This document shows positions 25,031 through 35,910 of a DNA stretch of 64,000 bases, piece by piece. Below the pieces are notes generated by a model. That model had not been told where the DNA came from and made no database searches. It worked only from the letters and a program-made list of their open reading frames with translations. Positions within the stretch are counted from its first letter, which is position 1. Each line of letters starts with the position of its first letter. The stretch is from Mobula hypostoma (lineage: Eukaryota), in assembly GCF_963921235.1 (NCBI RefSeq), contig NC_086107.1, positions 110,548,001-110,612,000 of the forward strand, written 5' to 3'. The position numbers were made by a program, and so were the translations under genes.

Positions 25031-25404
25031 CCCCCTGATGAAGGGTCGGCCCAAAAGGTCGACTGTTTACTCTTTCTCCATGGATGCTGCCTGGCCTACT
25101 GAGTTCCTCCAGCATTTTGTGCGTGTTGATCGGAAAGAAAAGTGAGCTAAGTGACTTTGACCGTGGAGTGATTGTTGGTGCCAGATGGGGTGGTTTGAGG
25201 ACCTCAGAAACTGCTGACTTTCTGGTATTTTTACACACAACAGTCTCCAGAGTTTACAGAGAATGGTGTGGAAAATAAAAAAGCACCCAGTGAATGGCAG
25301 TTTTGAGAGCAAAAACGCCTTATTAATGGGAGAGGTCAGAGGAGACTGGTTCAAGCAAGCAGAAAGGTGACAGTAATTCAAATAACCACGTGTGACAACA
25401 GTGA

Positions 25405-25904
25405 AGGCTGATTTATACTTGTGCGTCAACTCGATGCCGTAACCTACGAAAGTGGCCTACGCCGTTGTGAGCATTTATACTTGTGCGTTGGTGTGTCTGC
25501 ATCGCTCTGCAATTCGGGCACATCACGCATGCGCACACACCTGCCCGTGCAAGGCTTCACGGTCGTGGTAGTCCTTCTCAGGGTAACAAGTTTAAAGCGA
25601 GCGTCTTTTTTTCGTAAAAGCGAAATGTGTCCTCCATAATTTTGGAGGTCTGTAAAGCTTTATGGAAAGCATTGCAGCCAGAGTTCCTTCCCTGCTGTTC
25701 AGTCGCCCAATGGGAAGCTATTGCAGCGTAGGATGAAATGCGATGCTACCAGGCGGACCAATCACAGTTGTTGCGGTCTGCGTTGCCGCGATGCGTAGTT
25801 ACATTTTGGGAGAGGTGCGTGTCATATGGCGTAGGGATCCGCGTAGGGTTCGCGGCGACGCCGTACCTACAGCGTTGATTTGACGCACACGTATAAATCA
25901 GCCT
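25405..25904. mobile_element. PIF/Harbinger-like MITE
   Basis: TIRs AGGCTGATTTATACTTGTGCGTCAA / TTGACGCACACGTATAAATCAGCCT; 3-bp flanks TGA / TTA; CpG-rich interior. Confidence 0.7.
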
Positions 25905-25933
25905 TTAGACCACAAACTCAGTGGCCCCTCTGT

Positions 25934-26181
25934 GGTGGTGGTAGCATCCGTTAGTCTTGCGAGACCATGGATCTGCGCCTGGAAAGTCTTGCTTCAGTCT
26001 GTGTTAGAGCAGCGTCTGTTGTGGCTGTAGAGGCCCACACGGGAGTGACAGTCTCGGCTGCAGCGACTGCACTTGAAGGCGCTGTCCTCCAGTGTTGTCT
26101 TGGTGCTGTTTTTCCAACGAGTGAGCTTTTCTTCAGCAGCAAGCCTCAGCTTCTCTTCTCCTCTTTTTAGACCTCTGCGTA
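25934..26181 (-). mobile_element. 5'-truncated RTE-clade LINE
   Basis: Minus strand encodes EEKLRLAAEEK...FKCSRCSRDCHSRVGLYSHNRRC* (RTE C-terminal zinc-finger), short 3' UTR and (CCA)n tail; TSD GGCCCCTCTGT (25923-25933) / GGCCCCTTTGT (26182-26192). Confidence 0.8.
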
Positions 26182-28013
26182 GGCCCCTTTGTAGGTACCT
26201 AGTAAAGCAGCCATTGAGTGTAAGTCATGAAATTTGTTTTGGGACAGCAGTACAATGCAAGACCCAAAAAAAAATACTATAAATTCCAACAGCAGTTAAT
26301 CCAGCGATGAAAGCCTCTACTCAATAAATAACTCCAGCCACTTTCTGTCCTTGCTGGCTGTCTGCGGGCTCGATCTAAGCAATGCGTACTCTGAATTTAA
26401 ACAACAAATATCCGGAGAGAGAGAAGTGAAAGAATTCCGAAGAGGAATGTGAACCCAGCGGGCTCAGGCTCCGGGATGTTTCGTCAGTTCTCCCGCTCCC
26501 CCCGTTCCTCCTCTGAACTCACTCCGCAATACAGAATTTTTATCTTGAATGCCCGCAAATTGCGAAGCGTACTCCAGACACCATTCGGTTCTGAGAGGGA
26601 TTCCTGCGATGTTGTGAACCAGTGGGGGGTTCAGTGCTGTGAAGTGGCGGGGTGGTGGTGATTTGTGAAGTTTCACACACTGCTACGGAAGGCAGGGCAG
26701 GCTGAGTGCGGGGCGGGGTGGGGGGGGGGGGAAGCCTGCACTGATATAACGCCCTTCACACACTATCGATTCCCCGGTGCTTCACGGCTGCCTGCTTCTG
26801 AAGCGCTGTAACGTAGGCGAGGTGCAGACATGTCTCTGTGTGGAGGATAAGCAGTTAACTTTAGCTTCCATAATAGCATAAGACACAGGAGCAGAATCAG
26901 GCCATTCAGCCCATCGATTCTGCTCCGCCATTCCATCATGGCTGATTTATTATCCCTCTAAACCCTATTCTCCTGCCTTCTCCCCGTAACCTTTGACGCC
27001 AAGGGGTGCCATAGTACCACGGTGGTTAGCGCAACACTATTAAAGATCACGGCGTTCATCGTTCAATTCCAGCACCGTCTGCGAGGAGCTTGTACAGCAC
27101 GTTCTCACTGTGAGCGTGCAGGTTTCCTCCGGGTGCTCTGCTTTCCTCCCGCAGTCCGAAGACGTACTGGTTGCTCGGTTGGTTGTTCATTGTAAATTAT
27201 CCTGTGATTAGGCTGGTGTTAAAATTGGTGGGTTGCTGGGAGGTGCGGCTTGTTAGGGCCGGAAGGGCCTGTTTATTTATTTATGTATTTATTGAGGTAC
27301 AATGTGGAACAGGCCCTTTGAGTTGTGATGCCCAGTAATCCCCCGATTTAACCCTAGCCTAATCACAGGATAATCTATAAAGACCAATTAACCTACCGAC
27401 CGGTATGTCTTTGGACCGTGGGAGGAAACTGGAGCACCCGGAGGAAACCCATGTGGTTATGGGGAGAGCGTACAAACTCCTTACAAGCAGCAGTGAACCC
27501 AGGTCACCTGTACTGTAAAGTCAAGTCAAATTTATTTATATAGCACGTTTAAAAACAACCCACGTGGACCGAAGTGCTGTACAGATCAGAGCAGAATAGC
27601 TAAAATTACAAATAGGAGAAATACAGACGTAACCAATAAGGCAAGCAGCTTATAGGCACAAAAGAAACAACATAAGGGCCAAAAATCAGCCACATCAGGA
27701 GGATTTGAAGGCTAGTGAACAAAAGTAAGTTTTGAGCTTGGATTTAAAAGAGTCGATGGAGGAGGCAGATCTGATAGGGAGGGGAATGGTGCTCCACAGT
27801 CTAGGGGCTACAATAGCAAAAACAGTCACCCCTGAGCTTAAGTTTAGATCGCGGGACAGCCAGGACAGCCACTAACCACTACACTCCAGTGCCTCACCAA
27901 ATAAAGAAAATCAGTAAAATAAATCAAGAACCCATCAACCTCTGCTTTAAGCAACACACATCAAAGTTGCTGGTGAACGCAGCAGGCCAGGCAGCATCTC
28001 CAGGAAGAGGTAC

Positions 28014-28049
28014 AGTCGACGTTTCAGGCCGAGACCCTTCGTCAGGACT
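28014..28049 (-). ncRNA. minimal type I hammerhead ribozyme motif (intact core)
   Basis: Minus strand AGTCCTGACGAAGGGTCTCGGCCTGAAACGTCGACT. Confidence 0.7.
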
Positions 28050-28099
28050 AACTGAAGAAAGAGATTTGAGAGTGTCTCTTACTAGCTCTTCTTTCAGTT

Positions 28100-28135
28100 A
28101 GTCCTGACGAAGGGTCTTGGCCTGAAACGTCGACT
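28100..28135 (+). ncRNA. minimal type I hammerhead ribozyme motif (intact core)
   Basis: AGTCCTGACGAAGGGTCTTGGCCTGAAACGTCGACT. Confidence 0.7.
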
Positions 28136-28309
28136 GTACCTCTTCCTAGAGATGCTGCCTGGCCTGCTGCATTCACCAGCAACTTTGATGTGTGTTGCTT
28201 GAATTTCCAGCATCTGCAGAATTCTTGTTGTTTGCGTTTTAAAAACCTCTGCTTTAGATTTGCCACCCTCTGGTTCAAGATATATATATTTGTCTCTTTG
28301 TGTCTTTAC

Positions 28310-28590
28310 TAATATTCTATGTGTGCTTGTATATGCGAGGACTGGGCCTGTAAGCCATGGTATCACCTAGAGGGCGTCAGGGCCAATCAAGAGATGATCT
28401 CAGTGGTCTGGGAGGTCTGGACTATATACGTATATGCATATTCTGTGTCGTTTTATTTTTAATAATATTCTATATGTGCTTGTATATGCGAAGACGGGGC
28501 CTCAAAGCCATGGTGTTGCCTAGTGGGTGTCGGGGTGGATTATCAGATGATATCGGTGGGCTAGGGGGACCGGACTGTAGGATCTTTACT
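28310..28590. repeat. diverged tandem duplication, period ~153 bp
   Basis: TAATATTCTAT(G/A)TGTGCTTGTATATGCGA starts at 28310 and 28463, and similarity continues through GCCATGGT...CCTAG...AGATGAT...GGACT. Confidence 0.7.
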
Positions 28591-29127
28591 GATAGTCTAT
28601 TTGGGTTTTTTTGACTTGTATGTGTGAATGTTGGTACTGCATTTTAGCACCTTGGCCCCAGAGTAACACTGTCTCACTTGGCTGTATTCATGGGTATTCC
28701 TGTGTGGTTGAATGACAATTCAACTTGAATTAAATTGGAAGGATGTCTCTCTACTCCTCCTGGGCTGTGCTCCCTGGTTTCGGGGCTCTTGACTGAGGGT
28801 TGTTTGTTGACACGGCCGGGAGCACACTCCTCTGCTGTTGTTCAAACAGCTTCATGGGGTGCCTGAGAGAGCAGGCTGTCAGCTTCCAAAAGATCATAAT
28901 CTGAGTGCAGCCCCCCCCCCACCCCCAGGTCAGGACTGCAGTGGTGTATCGAAGTGGTGGTGGGCTTGGGCTGGCTGTTTGAAGGAGCAGGTCCTGGGTT
29001 TCTGACCCCTGAGCCATGGCAGGAAAGCACCAGAGCAAGGTGGTAATCAGTATTCAGGTCCAGATTCAGGTTCGAGTTCAGATTCAAGTTTAGGTCCAGG
29101 TTCAGCTTCAGGTTCAGACTCATTTAT

Positions 29128-29771
29128 TAGATTAGATTATGAGGACACACAGTCCTCCTTTATTGTCATTTAGTAATGCATGCATTAAGAAATGATACAA
29201 TGTTCCTCCAGTGTGATATCACAGAAACACATGACAAACCGACTTAAAAACTAACAAAAACCACATAATTATAACATATAGTTACAACAGTGCAAAGCAA
29301 TACCGTAATTTGATAAGAACAGACCATGGCAAGGTATAAGTCTCAAAGTCTCTCGAAAGTCCCATCATCTCACGCAGACGGTGAACCTCCAGCACCGCCA
29401 ACTTGCCGATGCAGCATCCTGGAAACATCCGACCACAGTCCGACTCCGAGTCCGTCCGAAAACTCCGAGCCTCTGACCAGCTCTCCGGCACCGAGTACTG
29501 AGCACCATCTCTGCCGAGCGCTTCGACCCTGGCCCCGGCAACAGACAATAGGCAAAGCCGAGGATCTGGGGCCTTCCCCTCCGGAGATTCTCGATCGCAC
29601 AGTAGCAGCGGCAGCGAAGCGGGCATTTCAGAAGTTACTCCAGATGTTCCTCCGTGCTTCTCACGTCTGTCTCCATCAAATCAGGATTGTGCACGGCCCC
29701 CTAGTTAACACATATCGATATAAATTCAGAACGGCCGTGCGCGCTGCGTCGCGCCGCCATCTTCTCCTCCC
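29128..29771 (-). mobile_element. CpG-rich non-autonomous retroelement with a YY1-motif 5' end
   Basis: Minus strand starts GGGAGGAGAAGATGGCGGCGCG and ends AATGACAATAAAGG...(TAATC)n; no RT coding sequence. Confidence 0.6.
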
Positions 29772-30302
29772 TCCTATGTACGTTGAAACACAGTGGAATG
29801 CGTCGTTTGTGTTAAAACTGACATACCCAAGGGTGTTTTGGAGGCAGCCTACCATCCAGGCCATGCTCTTTTCTCGCTGCTGAGGTACAGGAGCCTCAGG
29901 TCCCACAGCACCACGTTCAGGAGCAGTTATTACCCCTCAACCATCAGGCTCCCGAACCATCACAGATAACTTCACTCACCCCAACTCTGAACTGGTTCCA
30001 CAACCTAAAGATTCACTTTCAAAGGTTCTAAAACTTGTGTTCTCAGCAGTATTTATTAATTATTATTATTTGTACTTGCATGATTTGCACATTGTTTTTT
30101 TGTCAGTCTTCGTGTATAATTTTAAAAATTAATTCTAGTTTATTTCTTTGTTCGACTGTGAATGCCTACAAGAAAATGAATCTCAAGATAGTATATGGTG
30201 ACATGCATGTACTTTGATAATAAATTTACTTTGAAATTTGACTGTAAGTGTTGCCACACATTCCGGTGCCAACATAGCACGTCCACTGTGTTTAACACAC
30301 AT

Positions 30303-30520
30303 CTGTGCCGGCGGTGTAGTGGGATCCGCACCCGTACTTCGGAACAAGAGGTCCTGGGTTCGAACCCCGGCATCTCCTTGCATGCCTTCCCTTTGTACTG
30401 GGTTGAGCATCGAGCTAGCAGCTCGGCCTCGTAGATTAGGTGAACGCTAAAGAAACAGCAAGGTTGCTGCCTGATGTGCCTAACCAGGTGCGGAGAGGAA
30501 CGTTGGTTCAACACGACAAC
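30303..30520 (+). mobile_element. tRNA-derived SINE (same family as 5380-5562)
   Basis: GGTGTAGTGG (A box-like) and GGGTTCGAACCC (B box). Confidence 0.7.
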
Positions 30521-30615
30521 GCACAACAGAGGGGCAACACCAGCAGCAGCAACAATGGAACAAAGCAAGACAGCAACAGTAAAACAAGCCTCAAACCCAC
30601 CCTCCCATCCCTGCC

Positions 30616-30896
30616 CACACACACACACACACACACACTCACACACACTCTCACACACACTCACACACTCACACACACTCACACACACTCTCACACACAC
30701 TCACACACTCACACACTCACACACTCACACACACACACACACACACACACACTCTCACACACACACACACACACGCTCTCACACACACACACACACACAT
30801 ACACACACGCTCTCACACACACACACACACACACACTCTCACACAGACACACACACACACACACTCTCACACACACACACATACACACACACACTC

Positions 30897-30930
<34 letters not shown>

Positions 30931-31164
30931 ACACTCTCACACACACACACACACACACACTCTCACACACACTCACACACTCACACACACACACACACAC
31001 ACACACTCTCACACACACACACACACGCTCTCACACACACACACACATACACACACGCTCTCACACACACACACACACTCTCACACAGACACACACACAC
31101 ACACACTCTCACACACACACACACACACACACACACTCTCACACAGACACACACACACACACTC

Positions 31165-31198
<34 letters not shown>

Positions 31199-31199
31199 A

Positions 31200-31237
<38 letters not shown>

Positions 31238-31559
31238 CACACACACACTCACACACTCACACACTCACACACACACACACTCACACACACACGCACACTC
31301 ACACACACACACACACTCACACACACACACACTCTCACACACACACACACACAGACACATACACACACACACACACTCTCACACACACACTCACACACAC
31401 ACACACACACACTCTCACACACACACACACGCTCTCACACACACACACACACATACACACACGCTGTCACACACACACACACACACACACACTCTCACAC
31501 ACTCACACACACACACACACTCTCACACACACACACACACACACACACACTCTCACACT

Positions 31560-31642
<83 letters not shown>
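30616..31642. repeat. ~1-kb interrupted (CA)n microsatellite
   Basis: CA dinucleotides with CT, CG, CAGA and CATA interruptions; this produces the His/Thr and Cys/Val ORFs. Confidence 0.98.
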
Positions 31643-31645
<3 letters not shown>

Positions 31646-31719
31646 TCCGCTTCTCCCAGAGAAACCTCTGCAAGGGGTCTCGGGTGACCAAGCAAATTCA
31701 GGCTGACATCTGAAAGGTT

Positions 31720-32200
31720 CATTGTATGCCATTCTGCAGATGTGCAGTAGAAAACACCCTAACAAACTGCATTGCTGCTTGGCATGGAAACTGCACTGTG
31801 GCAGACAGGAAATCTCTACAACGGGTAGTCAAAGCTGCCCAACGCATCACTGGCACCCGCCTACCCACCGTCAAGGACATATGTACAGAAATCTGCTGGA
31901 AAATGGCCAGTGACATCATGAAGGATCCTGCTCATCCTGCTTACCCTGCTCACGGACTGTTTGTCCCACTCCCTTCAGGGAGGAAGCTACGTAGCATCCA
32001 CTCCAGGACCACCAGACTCAAAAACAGTTCCTTTCCCCAAGTAGTACGGCTGATCAACACCGCCACCCATTAACTCCACCACTACTTTATTATTTTCCGT
32101 CAGTCACCTTGTCTACAGCCTGGTATCACTTTATGGATATACAATTAACTTAAGTATATAAGCTGTCTTAAGTAATTATTTTTATTGCGTGTTTTATTAT
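31720..32200 (+). mobile_element. Rex1/Babar LINE 3' fragment
   Basis: ORF 31726-32073 FCRCAVENTLTNCIAAWHGNC...HPAHGLFVPLPSGRKLRS. Confidence 0.75.
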
Positions 32201-32488
32201 TAGACCATAAGACATAGGAGGAGAATTAGAGCATTTGGACCACTGCGTTTGCTCTGCCATTCGATCATAGCTGATTCTTTCTTTCCTCTCCTTAGCCCCA
32301 CTCCCCGGCCTTCTCCCCATAACCTTTGCTGCCATGGCCAATCAGGAACCTATCAATCTCCGCCTTAAATACACCCAAAGATCTGGCCCCAAACACGAGG
32401 AACCCTGCAGATGCCGGAATTTCAAGCAACACACATCAAAGTTGCTGGTGAACGCAGCAGGCCAGGCAGCATCTCCAGGAAGTGGTAC

Positions 32489-32524
32489 AGTCGACGTTTC
32501 GGGCTGAGACCCTTCGTCAGGACT
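32489..32524 (-). ncRNA. minimal type I hammerhead ribozyme motif (intact core)
   Basis: Minus strand AGTCCTGACGAAGGGTCTCAGCCCGAAACGTCGACT. Confidence 0.7.
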
Positions 32525-33496
32525 AACTGAAAGAAGAGCTAGTAAGAGATTTGAAAGTGGGAGGGGGAGATCCTAAATGATAGGAGAAGACAGGAGGGAG
32601 AGGGATGGAGCCAAGAGCTGGACAGGTGATTGGCAAAAGGGAAATGAGAGGATCATGGGATGGGAGGTCTAGGGAGAAAGAAAAGGGGGAGGGGGGGAAA
32701 ACCTAGAGGATGGGCAAGGGGTATAGTGAGAGGGACAGAGGGAGAAAAAGGAGAGAGAGAAAAAGAATGTGTGTATATAAATAAATAACGGATGAGGTAC
32801 GAGGGGGAGGTGGGGCATTAGCGGAAGTTAGAGAAGTCAATGTTCATGCCATCAGGTTGGAGGCTACCCAGACGGAATATAAGGTGTTGTTCCTCCAACC
32901 TGACTGTGGCTTCATTGTGACAGTAGAGGAGGCCGTGGATAGACATATCAGAATGGGAATGGGACGTGGAATTAAAATGTGTGGCCACTGGGAGATCCTG
33001 CTTTCTCTGGTGGACAGAGCTACCCATCTCCCAGTGGCCACACATTTTAATTCCACGTTCCATTCCCATTCTGATATGTCTATCCATGGCCTCCTCTACT
33101 GTAAAGATGAAGCCACACTCAGGTTGGAGGAACAACACCTTATATTCCGTCTGGGTAGCCTCCAACCTGATGGCACGAACATTGACTTCTCAAACTTCCG
33201 CTAATGCCCCAACTCCCCCTCGTACCCATCCGTTATTTATTTATTTATATACACATATTCTTTTTCTCTCTCTCCTTTTTGTCCCTCTCACTATACCCCT
33301 TGCCCATCCTCTGGGCTTCCCCCCTCCCCTTTTTCTTTCTCCCTAGGCCTCCTGTCCCATGATCCTCTCATATTCCTTTTGCCTATCACCTGTCCAGCTC
33401 TTGGCTCCATCCCTCCCCCTCCTATCTTCTCCTATCATTTTGGATCTCTCCCTCCCCCTCCCATTTTCAAATCTCTTACTAGCTCTTCTTTCAGTT

Positions 33497-33532
33497 AGTC
33501 CTGACGAAGGGTCTCGGCCCGAAACGTCGACT
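33497..33532 (+). ncRNA. minimal type I hammerhead ribozyme motif (consensus copy; predicted cleavage after C33528)
   Basis: AGTC-CTGACGA-A-GGGT-CTCG-GCCC-GAAA-CG-TC|GACT. Confidence 0.75.
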
Positions 33533-35345
33533 GTACCTCTTCCTAGAGATGCTGCCTGGCCCAGCAACTTTTATGAATGATTTGGCCCCTACAGCTGCCT
33601 GTGGTAACAAATTCCTCAAATTTATCACCCTCTGGCTAAAGAAATTTTTACACATCTAGTTCCAAATGGACGCCTCTCTATCCTGAGGCTGTGTCCTCTT
33701 GTCCTCGACTCCCCCACCATGGGAAACATCCTTTTCACGTCTACCTGTCTAGGCCTTTCAACATTTGAAGGTTTCAGTGAGATCCCCCTCATCCTTCTGA
33801 ATTCCAGCGAGTACAGGCCCAGGGCCATCAAACGTTCCTCATATGATAACCCTTTCATTCCTGGAAACATCCTTGTGAACCTCCTCTGAGCCCTCTCCAA
33901 TCTTTTCTTAAATAAGGCACACACAACTGTTCACAATATTCAAGGTGAGGCCTCACCAGTGCCTTATAAAGTTTCAGCATCACATCCCTGCTCTTGAAAT
34001 GAATGCCAACATTGCACTTGCCTTCCTCACCACTGGCTCAACCTGCAAGTTATCCTTTAGGGTGTTCTGCACAAGCACTCCCAAGTCCCCTTGCATCTCA
34101 AATTTTTGGATTTTCTCCCCGTTTAGAAAATAGTCTGTACATTTATTTTTTTCTACCAAAGTGCCTGACCATACATTTTCTAACATTGTATTTCATTTGC
34201 CACTTTCTTGCCCATTCTCTTAATTTGTCTAAGTCTTTCTGCACCCTTACTGTTTCCTCAACACTACCTGCCCCTCCACCAATTTTGTATCGTCTGCAAA
34301 CTTGGTAACAAAGCCATCTATTCCATCATCTAAATCATTGCAATACAGCATAAAAAGAAGTCCCAACACTGACCCCTGTGGAACACCACTAGTCACTGGC
34401 TGGCAATCAGAAAAGGATCCTTTTATTCCCACTCGCTGCCTCCTACCAATCAGCCAATGCTCTAACCATGCTAGTAACTTTCCTGAAATACCATGGGGTC
34501 TTAACTTGGTAAGCAGCCTCATGTGTGGCACCTTGTCAAAGGCCTTCTGAAAATCCAAATATACAACATCCACTGCATCCCCTTTATCTATCCTAAGTGT
34601 AATCTCCTCAAAGAATTCCAAAAGGCTCAACAGGCAAGATTTTCCAAGCTGATTTTATCTTATCTTGTCCTGTGTCACCAAGTACTTCACAACCTCATCT
34701 TTAACGATTAACTCCAACATATCCCCAACCACTGTCAGGTGAACTGGTCGATAATGTCCTTTCTTCTGTCTCCCTCCTTTCTTAAAGAGTGGAGTGAGAT
34801 TTGTAATTTTCCAGTCTTCGGAACCATGCCAGAGTCCAATGATTCTTGAAAGATCATTACTGATGCCTGCACAATCTCTACTGCTACCCCTTTTAGAATC
34901 TCAGGGTGCAGTTCATCTGGTCCGGGTGGCTTATGTACCTTAAGGTCTTTCAGCTTTTTAAGCACCTTCTCCCTTGTAATAGTAACTGCACTCACTTCTC
35001 TTCCCTCACACTCTTCAATAATAAAATTATTATTATTGTACTGTTAGACCAGAACACTATTCCTTATTTTTTGTGCTGCATTGGATCTGGAGTAACAATT
35101 ATTTTGTTCTCCTTTACACTTGTGTACAGGAAATGGCAGAAAACAAGCTTTCAACAGAGTTTGTGTTGAGGAACTTTGTCACCAGTCTGGTCAATTTTAT
35201 CCGTGAGTCAGATAATACATAAAAGTTCACTTGTTATGTAATCGTGTCTCCACAGTGTTGTAGTGAATGGTATGAAAAGCAAGACAGACTGAAAAGAAAG
35301 TAAGATTACTAAAAGTGGGGAGAGAAGGAAAAAAAGAGAGAGAGA

Positions 35346-35538
35346 CGAACAAGAGAAAATCTGCAGAGACTGGAAATCCAGAGCAGCACACACAAAATGC
35401 TGGAGCAACTCAGCAGGCCAGGCAGCCTCTATGGAAAAGAGTCCTGCCTGAGGTTCTCAGCCTGAAACATCGACTCTACTCTTTTCCATAGATGCTGCCT
35501 GGCCTGCTGAGTTGCTCCAGTATTTTGTGTTGGGTTAC
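35346..35538. mobile_element. mini fold-back PLE derivative with a central decayed hammerhead
   Basis: Arms ACACAAAATGCTGGAGCAACTCAGCAGGCCAGGCAGCCTCTATGGAAAAGAGT / ACTCTTTTCCATAGATGCTGCCTGGCCTGCTGAGTTGCTCCAGTATTTTGTGT; AGAGAGAGAGA on both flanks. Confidence 0.7.
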
Positions 35539-35910
35539 AGAGAGAGAGAAACAAAACTATTTCCGATGTTCATAGGAATGAACATATATAAAACACCAAG
35601 TTCAAATTTATTGTCATCTGACTGTACATGTATACAACCAAATGGAACAACGTTTTCCTTTGGACCATGGTGCAACCACATAGCATATATCGCACATAGC
35701 ACATAAACCAAAATATTATGCAATAGGTAAGTTAATAAAATACAATTGAAATTGTATGCAGTGCTCAGCACAGGTAAGTAGTAAACAGCTGGCTGTCCTG
35801 GTGATGAGATCTCAGTGATGGCAGGGTATTCATTAGTCTCACAGCCTGAGGGAAGCTTTTTTGAGTTAAATTTAAAAAAAACTTTTGAATTTAATTATAT
35901 TGTGGGAGCT

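Larger units (their letters stand above)
27950..28243. mobile_element. Penelope-like element, short head-to-head inverted dimer
   Basis: Inverted arms around ~28070; perfect 13-bp TSD AACCTCTGCTTTA at 27937-27949 and 28244-28256. Confidence 0.85.
32391..33575. mobile_element. Penelope-like element, ~1.2-kb head-to-head inverted dimer with GIY-YIG C-termini on both strands
   Basis: Mirror ORFs 32818-33165(-) and 32857-33204(+) both end PVATHFNS..HSHSDMSIHGLLYC..EAT.RLEEQHLIFRLGSLQPDG.NIDFSNFR*; junction ~33020; TSD AAAGATCTGGCCCC (32377-32390) / AATGATTTGGCCCC (33576-33589). Confidence 0.88.
32200..35010 (-). mobile_element. CR1 LINE (decayed RT region plus 3' end) split by the PLE palindrome
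   Basis: ORF 34247-34630 VDVVYLDFQKAFDKVPH...SGVPQGSVLG...KFADDTK. The 3' tail lies at 32200-32390 and the body continues from 33576. Confidence 0.85.

Noticed and set aside
28842..29123. ORF with an LNLDLNL repeat
   Set aside because: Comes from a 6-bp (TTCAGG/TTCAGA) simple-repeat tail.
29282..29906. Several overlapping GC-rich ORFs
   Set aside because: Expected by chance in a GC-rich non-autonomous element; no domain signatures.
30440..31706. 410-415 aa His/Thr-rich ORFs and Cys/Val ORFs on the minus strand
   Set aside because: Translation artefacts of the (CA)n microsatellite.
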